Positions 43,544 through 53,494 of a stretch of DNA of 64,000 nucleotides are shown here, piece after piece. A program made the position numbers and the translations under genes. The notes below the pieces were generated by a model. The model worked only from the letters and a program-made list of their open reading frames with translations, was not told where the DNA came from and ran no database searches. Source of the DNA: an uncultured Nitrososphaerales archaeon (GTDB lineage: Archaea > Thermoproteota > Nitrososphaeria > Nitrososphaerales > Nitrososphaeraceae); the NCBI GenBank assembly GCA_963713605.1, contig CAVQMO010000001.1:800001-864000 (forward strand), written 5' to 3'. Within the stretch, counting starts at the first letter, position 1; the number at the start of each line of letters is the position of its first letter.

Positions 43544-44020
43544 TCATTTCGAAGTGGAGGCTGGGGCTACCTTACCACTCTTCTTCACGCCGACTGCGCT
43601 TCCCCTTCGCCCTGTTGTTCTAGTGTGTTGTCCCCTCACTCTTAATCCAAACATGTGCCTGTAACCACGCCAGCTCATCACGCTTTTTTCCCTATTTATG
43701 TCATTTGTGATGGCAAATTCTAGGTCAGATGTAATAAGATGAGTATCAGAACCAGTATCCATATCTGCCCGTCGATTCAGATACCACGAAGGCATCTTAA
43801 TTTTTGATGGATTTCTAACCGCATCCTCAATCTCTTGTATCTCATTTTCTGTGAGATATCCTACTCTTATCGACGGACTGATGTTAAGCGATTGTAACAG
43901 CACTTGAGAATAGTTATAACCCAATCCTCTGATGCTACTAAGCGCAACAATAGACTTTTTGCTACCATCTATGTCTTTCCCCGCAATTCTGAGTATGTAT
44001 TTGTATTCGCTACTCGACAA
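43544..44020 (-). CDS. rps13: 30S ribosomal protein S13 (uS13)
   Basis: YILRIAGKDIDG, WYLNRR.D, SWRGYRH..GLRVRGQHTRTTGR. Confidence 0.96.
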   Translation of the reverse strand: MSSSEYKYILRIAGKDIDGSKKSIVALSSIRGLGYNYSQVLLQSLNISPSIRVGYLTENEIQEIEDAVRNPSKIKMPSWYLNRRADMDTGSDTHLITSDLEFAITNDINREKSVMSWRGYRHMFGLRVRGQHTRTTGRRGSAVGVKKSGKVAPASTSK

Positions 44021-44119
44021 GCACTGAATGCGTATTCGTTCCTAAATAAAAACCATGCTAAGATCCTGTAAATGTGCGTTGGGATTAGCTGCCATGCGTC
44101 GAGATGAGATAAAGTTGTC

Positions 44120-45850
44120 ATGACTAGGCTGGTACGTTTCTTATATACCAGCCAATTGTATCAGAATTCGCGAATCGAATTGGATTCAAAGGAGAAAGTA
44201 AAGAAGGTTGTCCATCAATCCTACACTACAGCGCCTAGTTACACTGAAATTATGGCGGGACTGCCAGAGAATTTTAAGCAACTGACTAGATTGCGTGATT
44301 TATTGGAAATCAATTACAAGTACACTTCAATTCAGGACCAGATGAGGAAAAATTTGGTTGCAAGACTAAAGAATGGCATTGCTCCATTCCCTGGCATAAT
44401 TGGTTACGATCTAGACGTTGCTCCGTCATTGATTCGCGCCATCTTAGCAGGACACGACGTTCTGTTAATTGGGGAAATTGGCCAAGCTAAGACTCGGATT
44501 GCAGAAAGTGTTGCAAAACACTTGCTTTCTCCCATCCCGGTCGTTGAAGGATCGCTTATGCACGATATTCCTACAAGTATCTCGGAAGATCACCTCGTGG
44601 CAATGCTCTCCGACGAAGAGATCCTAAAAACTAGTCTTGATTTTTCTGTCTCACCTGAGTGCGAGAAGACCGTAAGAAATAACAAGTTTGAGACTCGCAT
44701 AAAATGGGTGGAAGGCATCCATCGCTACCGATACCTTCTCGCTACCCCTGACGTCTCAGTTAAGGATTTGGTAGGACAGATCGATGCAATGAGGATCGCA
44801 AAGAAAGGCATTGAAATCTACGACATAGAATCGTACACTCCAGGGTATCTTCTTCAAGCGAACCATGGGATGATGTGTATAGATGAGCTTCCAGTACTCG
44901 ATCCCAGAAAGCAGGTAGCACTGCTCAGCGTACTGCAAGAAGGAAAGTTTACAACAGGATCATATCCAATCACGTTTAGACCAGACGTCAGCATTTTTGC
45001 AACAGCTAACCCGACCGATTATACCCATTCTGGAAGGATTATTGAACCCCTTTCTGATCGTCTAAGAAGTCATGTAAAAACACACTACCCAGTTAGCCTG
45101 GAAGATGAGATCTTGATTATATTGCAGGAGACAAGGGGCCTAAATTCATCAATGGTTTTTGTTCCTATATTCATTCTCAGAACTCTAGCTTCAATAGTGC
45201 AGTATGCCAGATCTAGAAAAGAGATAAATCAAGAGAAAGGGGTAAGTGTTAGGATGGGCGTACACTCGATGGAGTTACTCATTAGCGAATCGGAAAGAAG
45301 CAGATCGCTTTTCCATGCTGTTATTAGTGTGCCTAGATATTGTGACTTTAGCAGTATCCTTCAAGCAGTAAAGTTTGAGCTTTCTGAAATAGACGACAAC
45401 TTTGAATCGAGGTCAAAGCTACTAGGGAACCTTATCGATGAAGCATTTAAAACAGTTTCATTAGAATATTTGGATACTGTTGATTCAAATGAACTTCAAC
45501 TTATACGTAAGGATTTTTCTAATGACAACAGATTTAACGTGTCGCAAAAAATGTTAGGCATTGATCCTTCTTCCACGAGTGACTATCAAATCCAGCTTAA
45601 GAAGTTCCCCCATCTGGAACAGTTAGTTGTTAGGACTCTAGATCGGGTATCGAATGAGCAGGAAGAGATCGTAGAAGAGCTGAGGAAACATGATGTGAAG
45701 AGTCATTTCGTTTCGATTCCTCCTAAGTTGGATGGAGAACTCATGGCCTCAGTAACTGAATTGGTATTGGAAGGGTTAACATGGACTGAACCGGTCGTAT
45801 TGGAAAAGAAGAGTCAGAGTGAATTTGGTCTACAACATTCAATTGAATGA
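44120..45850 (+). CDS. ChlI/MoxR-like AAA+ ATPase (annotation class 'magnesium chelatase')
   Basis: Walker A variant GEIGQAKT, LATPD.SVKDLVG.ID, IDELP, ATANPTDY.SGRII.PL.DR, THYP. Confidence 0.82.
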   Translation: MTRLVRFLYTSQLYQNSRIELDSKEKVKKVVHQSYTTAPSYTEIMAGLPENFKQLTRLRDLLEINYKYTSIQDQMRKNLVARLKNGIAPFPGIIGYDLDVAPSLIRAILAGHDVLLIGEIGQAKTRIAESVAKHLLSPIPVVEGSLMHDIPTSISEDHLVAMLSDEEILKTSLDFSVSPECEKTVRNNKFETRIKWVEGIHRYRYLLATPDVSVKDLVGQIDAMRIAKKGIEIYDIESYTPGYLLQANHGMMCIDELPVLDPRKQVALLSVLQEGKFTTGSYPITFRPDVSIFATANPTDYTHSGRIIEPLSDRLRSHVKTHYPVSLEDEILIILQETRGLNSSMVFVPIFILRTLASIVQYARSRKEINQEKGVSVRMGVHSMELLISESERSRSLFHAVISVPRYCDFSSILQAVKFELSEIDDNFESRSKLLGNLIDEAFKTVSLEYLDTVDSNELQLIRKDFSNDNRFNVSQKMLGIDPSSTSDYQIQLKKFPHLEQLVVRTLDRVSNEQEEIVEELRKHDVKSHFVSIPPKLDGELMASVTELVLEGLTWTEPVVLEKKSQSEFGLQHSIE

Positions 45851-47223
45851 TTCTGAAAAGAGCTACTTTTTTCAACTCTCACACACAGGGAGTGATTCTA
45901 AAGAATCCACGTTCTCAGAGAATATTGAAGGTCTGTCTAAAAAAGACATCGATCTCTTATTGAGTATAGTTGGGAGAGAAGCGTTACGAGAAAAGAGACC
46001 TAACCTTCAACAATTAGATCAAATAATAAAAAGTCTTTTAGAACTAGATAATGATACCGACAAGGAATCCCCAAATGGGCAAGATGCTAAAGATAATAGC
46101 CAAGAAGATAAGGTTTCTCGTGACCAGAGTACTCCATTTCCAATCATTAGAATGCTTCTTCAGGAAGGTTATTTAAAAGATGATGAAAAGTGGCTCACCT
46201 CTAGAGGATTTTCTAGGATTGGTAATCTGATTCTGGATGACGTGATGAAGGCTCTGAAGTTAGGTGAGGCAGGGGCCCATAGTACAAAAAAATATAGGAA
46301 TAGGATCTGTCGTATTGGATACCACTCGTAAATTTGAAGTTGGAAGCGACATGCGGCTGGTCAATATCCCAGTATCGTTACTCAACTGCGTTCTCCGAAT
46401 GCAAAAAGAGTTTGGCGAAATAAAGATTCCACTGCAATTGAAAATGGATGACCTGGAAGAATATGAGACCTTATCTGATGTCCGAGCCAGTGTAGTCTAC
46501 TGCATCGACTTGAGCTCGACAATGAAATATTCTAGAATGTTTGGCGATTTAAGCAGGATCGAAGCGGCAAAGAAGGCCTTGTGGAGTTTAGTGATGCTTA
46601 ACAAGAAGTACTTTCCCAACGATTCCATTTACGTTGTAGGCTTTGGTTCGCTTGCATCTCACGTAAAAATTTTAGATATTCCATATCTAAAAACATTCGA
46701 TGCTGGTTCCGATTTCTTGCATTACACCAATTATCAAGCAGCTTTTAGGCTATCAAAGAAAATATTGCTCAAAGAAGGCTCTGTAAATAAACGAATTATT
46801 CTCGTGACTGATGGTCATCCAAGTGCATGCTTTATCGATGACGCAAATCAGCAAGAAAAGATATTAAAAAGCAGACCGTACTCGCATTTTTATCAGCCTG
46901 ATGATTCAAGCCTGGATAGCGTCCAGGAGGATTATCATATGCGATTTGATATTTTAGCGGGAAATCTAGTTTATCTCTGCTATCGGTATAGGCAGGTCGA
47001 TAGTTACATTGCTGAACAAACAATAATTGAGGCAGAGAAGTGCCACAAGAAAGGGATACACATTGACACTCTAATGATCAGTGAAGAAGATTCGCTATTG
47101 GGCTTTGTCAACGATATGGAAAGACGAGTAAAAGGAAGATCTTATTATGTAAGCCCTGAAGCCTTGGAGACCGCCCTGCTTAGTGATTTCATTAGGAATA
47201 AGCAGTCCATTTTGCATGCCTAA
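45819..47223 (+). CDS. von Willebrand factor A domain protein (apparent frameshift in the A8 run ~46285)
   Basis: MIDAS DLSSTM, YTNYQ, IILVTDGHPS; N-terminal part in ORF 45819. Confidence 0.85.
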
Positions 47224-47234
47224 CATTACAGGTT

Positions 47235-48098
47235 GTGATATACCTTTTTAAGTCTACAAAACCGAAACTAGAATATCAGTGTTTATCATTGAGTCAATCA
47301 TCGTCACCCGTATATTTGGATTGGAACGACGCGTTGCCAGTTCTTAGAAAAGCCTATGATTTAGGGCTATTTACCATGATTATAGGGCCCAAAGGAACAG
47401 GCAAGACCACCCTAGTTAGAGCGTTCGGAGCAGAGATTAGCAGAACATTGTATCCTGTTAATTTTAGCCTCAGAACTCGAGAGTCTCATCTTATCGGAAC
47501 CAAGACTCTTGAAAATGGTGGCGTGGGATTTGTAGACGGCATTCTTGTGGAATCCATGAAGCTTGGGGGACTCTTGTACCTTGACGAGCTGAACGCTGCC
47601 GAGGCAGATGTGCTTTTGCGGCTGGATGAGGCTCTGGATGATAGGAGACAAGTCGTTCTAAAGGAATCAGAGGGTCAGACAGTAACTGCATCCAAAGGAT
47701 GGACAGTTATTGCTACAATCAATCCATTGTCACACGTAGGAACCAAGGAACTGCCGCCGCAACTATTAAGTAGATTTCCTGTCCGTCTCAGGTTGGAATA
47801 TCCTCCAGAAGAGGTAGAGATAGACATAATACGAAGACATACTTCGATTGAGAACTCTGCGTTGGCATTAGTAAGGATGGGAGTTAAACTAGCCAACAAG
47901 CTTCGTGAAGCCGCTGCAGTTGAAGAGCTCTACTATAGTCCTAGTATGAGAGAGACTATTGCCTTCTCCAAGCTTATAGAATCAGGAACTGAAGCAAAGT
48001 ATTCGGCACAATTGGTATTTGCAAACGTCTATGGTCAATGGGGGGATGTCGAGTATCGAAAAGTAATGGACATGATTACTTCTATTTTTGGAAACTAG
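47235..48098 (+). CDS. CbbQ/NirQ/NorQ-type MoxR AAA+ ATPase
   Basis: GPKGTGKT, FVDGILV, LYLDELN, LDDRR, ATINP, LSRF, PSMRE. Confidence 0.9.
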   Translation: MIYLFKSTKPKLEYQCLSLSQSSSPVYLDWNDALPVLRKAYDLGLFTMIIGPKGTGKTTLVRAFGAEISRTLYPVNFSLRTRESHLIGTKTLENGGVGFVDGILVESMKLGGLLYLDELNAAEADVLLRLDEALDDRRQVVLKESEGQTVTASKGWTVIATINPLSHVGTKELPPQLLSRFPVRLRLEYPPEEVEIDIIRRHTSIENSALALVRMGVKLANKLREAAAVEELYYSPSMRETIAFSKLIESGTEAKYSAQLVFANVYGQWGDVEYRKVMDMITSIFGN

Positions 48099-48145
48099 AT
48101 AGGTTTTTGAGTAGTGTCTCAGAATACAAGTATTAGATACTAAAC

Positions 48146-49738
48146 GTGAGCTACATATCTTCGTTGGAGGGCTTGACCGTCAGGGACGATGTTCTCATAG
48201 AAATAGCTACTTTCCTGTCACGCAGATGGTCTGACAAGCCTAAAGCACTTGTAACATTCACAGAAGATGCAAATCCTAAGACAAGCCCTGATAAGAGCCA
48301 AATCGCTCTTCCTCACCTTCGTGGCTATGCTGGGAATCGTTTTCAAAAATATCGCCAGTGGCGTGTATCTTTGTGGTACGAGTCGATGAGACTAAAGTAT
48401 TCAACTAAGGTCCTTAGTTACGACCATGCCTTTGGGTTCGTGTTTAATGCGCTCGAAAAAAAACGAATCGAATCGATAAGCCTTAATGAATGGCAGGGGA
48501 TGACGGATGAAATAATGTTTGTCGAAGGACTTTCCTGGTTAAATCGACCCCTCCTGAATTCGTTGTATGGTGTCCAAAAGTTACTAGAGGGTTTCGGGCA
48601 ACTATTCTTGACTGGTTATATCAAAGGCGAGCTATTCTCCTCTGAATATTACAGAGTGGCTAAAGCAGTCGAATTGGCTACGTCCGTGGTGCAGGAGGCT
48701 CTTGCCTCTGATTATCAGACAAAATGGATAGAAGCTCAAGTTCCGCGTATAATCAAGATCTTGGAGGTCGATCCCTTGGTCTTGGTGCCGTTTTCAACCA
48801 TCCGTTCGAGGTTTGGAGTTTCCATGAGTGAATCGGAATTATCCCGACAGATTGAAAAAATAGTCAAGAAAAAACGAACAACGGAGAAGAGCATTGAGAA
48901 GAGGGTCAACAACATCGTCCATGGCACAGATATTCTTCCGGAGTACAGACCTTAGTTCGAGAGAGCAAAAGGCTTGAGAATGAAGGGTACGAGAATTTAG
49001 AAAATATGGGAATCAGCATCCCGCATCGGCTTGATGTCAACGAAAGTACAGTTTACGACACTGACCTTATCCACAAGACTAAGGCAAAATTTAGGGAGTG
49101 GCGCACAGGCTGGATCGAAAGACATGATCGATTTGGAGACGAATTTGATTCAGAAGCATATGTCGAATCTATACCCACGCCATTCATTGTGGATCTGAAG
49201 CTTGCAATTAAGACGAAGGTAATGATACTTTTGGATCATTCTAGCAGCATTCAGGAAGTAGAGACTAAAATACAAACAAGTCACTAATGCACTCTGTGAA
49301 GCCCTTTCATTTTTGGGGATAAGATTCGCCGTATATGCATTTAGCACCGATGGCAAAGAGGTAAAATGTTGGTTGATAAAGCCGCCGAATTATCGGTGGT
49401 CTTCAGTTTGTACGAAGAGGTTGGCGCAGATCAGGGCAAGTGGGGGTACACCCCTAGCGGAGATTTACGGTTTGCTCGAGCCAATAGTAAGGTCTTTCAA
49501 ACCCGAAATCTTTTTTACCTTAACTGATGGCGAACCTTCTGATACAGACGCTGTTCGGCATATGGTGTTGTCATTTCGGAAAATTGGCAGTCACATGGTC
49601 GCTCTTGGATTGGGGAGAAATCTAGATGAAGCTATTGCAATCGGTCAAAATCTAAGGTATCTAGATTACGAGAGAAGCCTGGCCGTGAGTAGATTAGAAG
49701 ACCTTCCGAATAAAGTCATAGGATTATTGAAAAATTGA
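48146..49738 (+). CDS. NorD/CbbO-like VWA-domain protein (apparent frameshifts ~48950 and ~49265)
   Basis: GDEFD, LLDHSSSI (MIDAS), ASGGTPL and TLTDGEP across three ORFs; follows the CbbQ-like gene. Confidence 0.82.
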
Positions 49739-50280
49739 TTCCTCAGTTGGGCCGTTCTGTTTTGAAGTATTTTTTGTCTTGAAGCAGCAACTGAAGCAGA
49801 AGCAACTGAAGAAGACTAATTGAAATTATACGCAACGACCAGGAACAAGTACGTAAGTTATTATCATCGGACACCTTCAAGAAGAATTTGCTAGAGAAAG
49901 GTTAGAGTTAGCCTTACTGTAATTGTTTAACTTGGTTTTCTAAGTCCGTTGTCCTTAACATCAATTCCTGAATTATTTCTGGGAGGGCTTTTGATATGTG
50001 ATACTTTTCTACGCGATTCGCTAACTCAACTTCTTCACCTTCACATAAAAGACATTTCCCAGCCATATTTTCCCATTCCATTCAATTATACGTCGGAAAG
50101 GGTAGATCAAGAATTTATTCCAGCGGGTGATATACTAAATAGTATATGTCACAAGGGGTTTGCGGTGTATGTCAGAAAGTATGCGATAAGCAATGTGAAG
50201 TCTGCATGCAGTGTTTCTGTGATGTCCATATCATGGAGCATGCGTCCACGCATAGACAAGAGCAATAACCATATCGCGAT

Positions 50281-50413
50281 TCATAATTCGTCGTCCAACA
50301 CTAGTTTAACCTGTTTACCTTTCAAATGTTTGATCTTGTCATTATACTGTTTGGCACAATAACATGAAACTTATCTTCTGCCGTCCAAGCTTTGCAACGA
50401 AGACTATCTTCAA
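50281..50413 (-). pseudogene. Small AbrB/DUF2080-like protein remnant with two frameshifts
   Basis: Three frames join to LKIVFVAKLGR-AEDKFHVIVP-KQYNDKIKHLKGKQVKLVLDDEL*. Confidence 0.45.
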
Positions 50414-50610
50414 CTTTAGTTTAGTAGTATGGATTGCCAGGAATTTGCTCTGTTACAGAATATTCCCCTGGACCTATCGTAACATTCACAAGTCATGTCT
50501 AATAACCTAACGGACACGAATCTATATGTCGGAGCATGCCGCAATAGGTTTGGCGAAGGAAGGAATGACAGTCGTGATTATTCCCTACTGACTTCGTTTA
50601 ACTGGTTAGT

Positions 50611-50976
50611 CTAATCGATTTGAGACCACTTCCTCATCCATTGTAAAAGGCCTATTACAGATTCCACAAGTTCTTGTCCATTAATGGTCAGGCGATATTC
50701 AACCCGTGGCGGTATCTCATTATATGCTTTCCTTTCGAGGATCCCATTTCGTTCTAGTTGTTGGAGTCTATTGCTAGCGTTTTGCTACTAAATCCCTTCA
50801 TAGATCTTCTGAACTTTATCTATCGAACTGGGTCTGTTGTGCAACAAAGCGGTATTAGAATTTCAAGCGTTCCCCTTTTGGTAATCAATTCCATGAGTTT
50901 TTTGGTTTCAGTCATTAGTGTATCAGCATCATAACCCTCAAAACTGCAAGATTCTTCAAAAATGGGATGGGTCCAT
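50611..50976 (-). pseudogene. HxlR-family winged-helix regulator, disrupted
   Basis: LITKRGTLEILIPLCC..PVR*IKFRRSMKGFSSKTLA / RLQQLERNGILERKAYNEIPPRVEYRLT..GQEL; in-frame TAG plus frameshifts. Confidence 0.8.
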
Positions 50977-51671
50977 AATTACACTTACTTTACCTGACTT
51001 CTCTTGATGACTTAAATAGTTTCCCAGGTAAACATTTAACGATGACTAGTTTACAAAAAGCAAAACAAAAGAAAAAGACAGGTCAGATAGACGACCCATG
51101 TTGTGACAACTCCTGTTTTGGTGGTCTTTCAGCCAGGTTCCAAAGTGAAGGAGGAAGGTGCTGCTAAGGAGGAACCTCTAGACTCGCCTATTTGAAACTG
51201 TAATATTCCTTCAATTTTTTGTATAAATCATCTCCACATACCTACGACTCTTTTTAATACTGTCTATTTATTGCGTTTACCGTGGTAGAATGAGGAGACG
51301 GAACATTAGATAAGGGAGCAACATCACATGATGACCTGTTTGATGCCTTCCCCATGAGTCTACAATTCCCTATGATATGATTTGACTAACTAAATCAGGT
51401 AAATAAAATGTTGTCTAAGAAAGGCCCATGGATGACAACAGGTCTTTGGCAACGAAAGCACAGCAGGTAAGGACAGAAGAACAGGCCCGTCAAGTCATAG
51501 CCAAGTTTCATAGCCTAAGCAAAAACTGAAGCCTCCAAACGATACCCATTAACTACTTTAAATAGATCGAAGCAATCAACCGAGCTCAGACTGATCTCAA
51601 ATCCAAAGTATGCCGCAGTCACTATAGAAAGTATATCTACGTTCACTGGACCATACTGTAATTAGTTCAGT

Positions 51672-51700
51672 TAATTTTAGCTCAAGTCGAGCTAAAATTA
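51672..51700. repeat. Perfect 12-bp inverted repeat (hairpin or operator)
   Basis: TAATTTTAGCTC-AAGTC-GAGCTAAAATTA. Confidence 0.7.
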
Positions 51701-51849
51701 CTGATATCGTCGTGTCCTTGGACGGGTCCTATATGCGATTTAAAGCTTAAAGCTTTGGGCTTCGGTGCTCGTATCATTTTATTTGCATGATGGAATGGGT
51801 CATACCAGTGAGGTTGATATCTTATTATGAAAGATATGTTGCAAGCAAA

Positions 51850-52515
51850 TTATTTTATTAACCTTGGAGACTCATTCCTAGTCTTTTCCCAGTCAGAAAG
51901 AAACGCTTCCAATCCTTTTTCTGTAAGCGGATGTTTCATCATCTTGCCAAGAATATCAGGCGGAAGGGTAACGACATCTGCTCCAATTTCTGCAGCCTGG
52001 ACAACATGATCGGGGTGACGTATGCTCGCCACTAAAACCTGGGTTTTGATCTGATAGTTTCTGAAAATGCTTACTATACTTTTCACAATTACCATTCCAT
52101 TATGTCCGATATCGTCGAGTCTCCCAATGAACGGACTTACATACGTAGCCCCTGCTTTAGCTGCCAGTAGTGCTTGATTGGCAGAAAACACTAACGTGAC
52201 ATTCGTGGATATGCCCTCGCTGGATAAGGTCCTTACGGCCTTCAAACCTTCAGGGATCATTGGGACCTTTACTACAACATTCTGCCCATATTTTTTCAGG
52301 TGATGAGCTTCTTCAAGCATTTGTCCTGATTCTGTCCCTATCACCTCTAGACTTACAGGACCGCTCACCATGCCTACAATTGTTTTCATTATATCTCCCG
52401 GTAAACCCTGTTCCTTTGACAACAGTGTTGGGTTGGTTGTAATTCCATCCAACACACCCATGTCATTGTACTTTCTAATGGATTCAATATTCGCAGTATC
52501 TAGAAAAATCTTCAC
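51850..52515 (-). CDS. tal: Transaldolase / fructose-6-phosphate aldolase
   Basis: IFLDTAN, GITTNPT, VVKVPM, TNVTLVFS, YVSPFIGRLDD, ASIRHP. Confidence 0.93.
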   Translation of the reverse strand: MKIFLDTANIESIRKYNDMGVLDGITTNPTLLSKEQGLPGDIMKTIVGMVSGPVSLEVIGTESGQMLEEAHHLKKYGQNVVVKVPMIPEGLKAVRTLSSEGISTNVTLVFSANQALLAAKAGATYVSPFIGRLDDIGHNGMVIVKSIVSIFRNYQIKTQVLVASIRHPDHVVQAAEIGADVVTLPPDILGKMMKHPLTEKGLEAFLSDWEKTRNESPRLIK

Positions 52516-52522
52516 TCTCTCT

Positions 52523-53494
52523 TCACTTCCTCTTCTTTACTGCCTCAGCGACCTTTTTTGCTACATTTGGAGGACTTAATCCATAAACATCTAGGAGCAA
52601 TTCTAATTCTTCGTCTCTAGCTGATTCACCGAACACATCCGAGACGCCAATCCTTTCAATTGGTACTGGATATCGAGAAGTAACAGATTCAGCGACTGCT
52701 CCCCCAAGACCTCCCAAGATATTATGTTCCTCAACGGAGACTAATAATCCAGTCTCCTTGGCTGCCTTCTCAAGCAATTCATCATCAATAGGTTTTACAG
52801 TAAACATGTCAATTACACGACAATTTATAGAGTGCTCCTCTTTTAAAATTTCTGCTGCTTTTAATGAAGCTGAAACCATTAGACCACACCCAACTAAGGT
52901 TGCGTCATCACCATCGCGAAGAACATTTCCCTTGCCTATTCCAAATTCAGCTGTGCTGTCATCATACAAGACCTCACTGGGAGGACGTGCGAGTCTCACA
53001 TAGACAGGTCCTCTCGTACGCACAGAAGCACTAATAATCCTCTTAACTGAAATCGCATCGGAAGGCACAATCACCTTCATATTAGGAATTGCTCGCATCG
53101 TGGCAAGGTCCTCTATTTGTTGGTGAGATGCACCATCTGGACCAACTGTCAATCCAGCATGAGAAACGACAAGTTTTACATCTAGGTTAGGAAAACATAT
53201 TGCATTACGAATTTGGTCGAGGCATCTACCCGGTAGAAATGCGGCGTATGTGCTTGCAAAGGCGATCTTCCCTGCCATGGCAAGACCAGCAGCAACAGAG
53301 ACTAGATTTGCTTCTGCAATTCCCACGTTGAAAAATCTTTCAGGAAACTTATTTCCAAAGTTCTTGGTCTTAAGTGAATCAGTGGTATCTGCACCCACAC
53401 AAACTATCTCTGGATACCTCAACCCAGCTTCTACGAGACTGTCGCCGTACGCACTCCGCATGTCAAGACTCGTCTTTCCTTTACTTAAGAGCAT
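52523..53494 (-). CDS. tkt: Transketolase C-terminal subunit
   Basis: FPERFFNVGIAEAN, GPDGASHQ, GPVYVRL, VEEH..GGLG. Confidence 0.93.
   Translation of the reverse strand: MLLSKGKTSLDMRSAYGDSLVEAGLRYPEIVCVGADTTDSLKTKNFGNKFPERFFNVGIAEANLVSVAAGLAMAGKIAFASTYAAFLPGRCLDQIRNAICFPNLDVKLVVSHAGLTVGPDGASHQQIEDLATMRAIPNMKVIVPSDAISVKRIISASVRTRGPVYVRLARPPSEVLYDDSTAEFGIGKGNVLRDGDDATLVGCGLMVSASLKAAEILKEEHSINCRVIDMFTVKPIDDELLEKAAKETGLLVSVEEHNILGGLGGAVAESVTSRYPVPIERIGVSDVFGESARDEELELLLDVYGLSPPNVAKKVAEAVKKRK

Noticed and set aside
44120..45850. Chlorophyll or cobalamin chelatase function for the ChlI-like ATPase
   Set aside because: No ChlH/CobN subunit in the window; the context is MoxR/VWA chaperone-like
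49949..50362. 137-aa plus-strand ORF
   Set aside because: TTG start, atypical composition and no motifs; it overlaps the more protein-like minus-strand remnant
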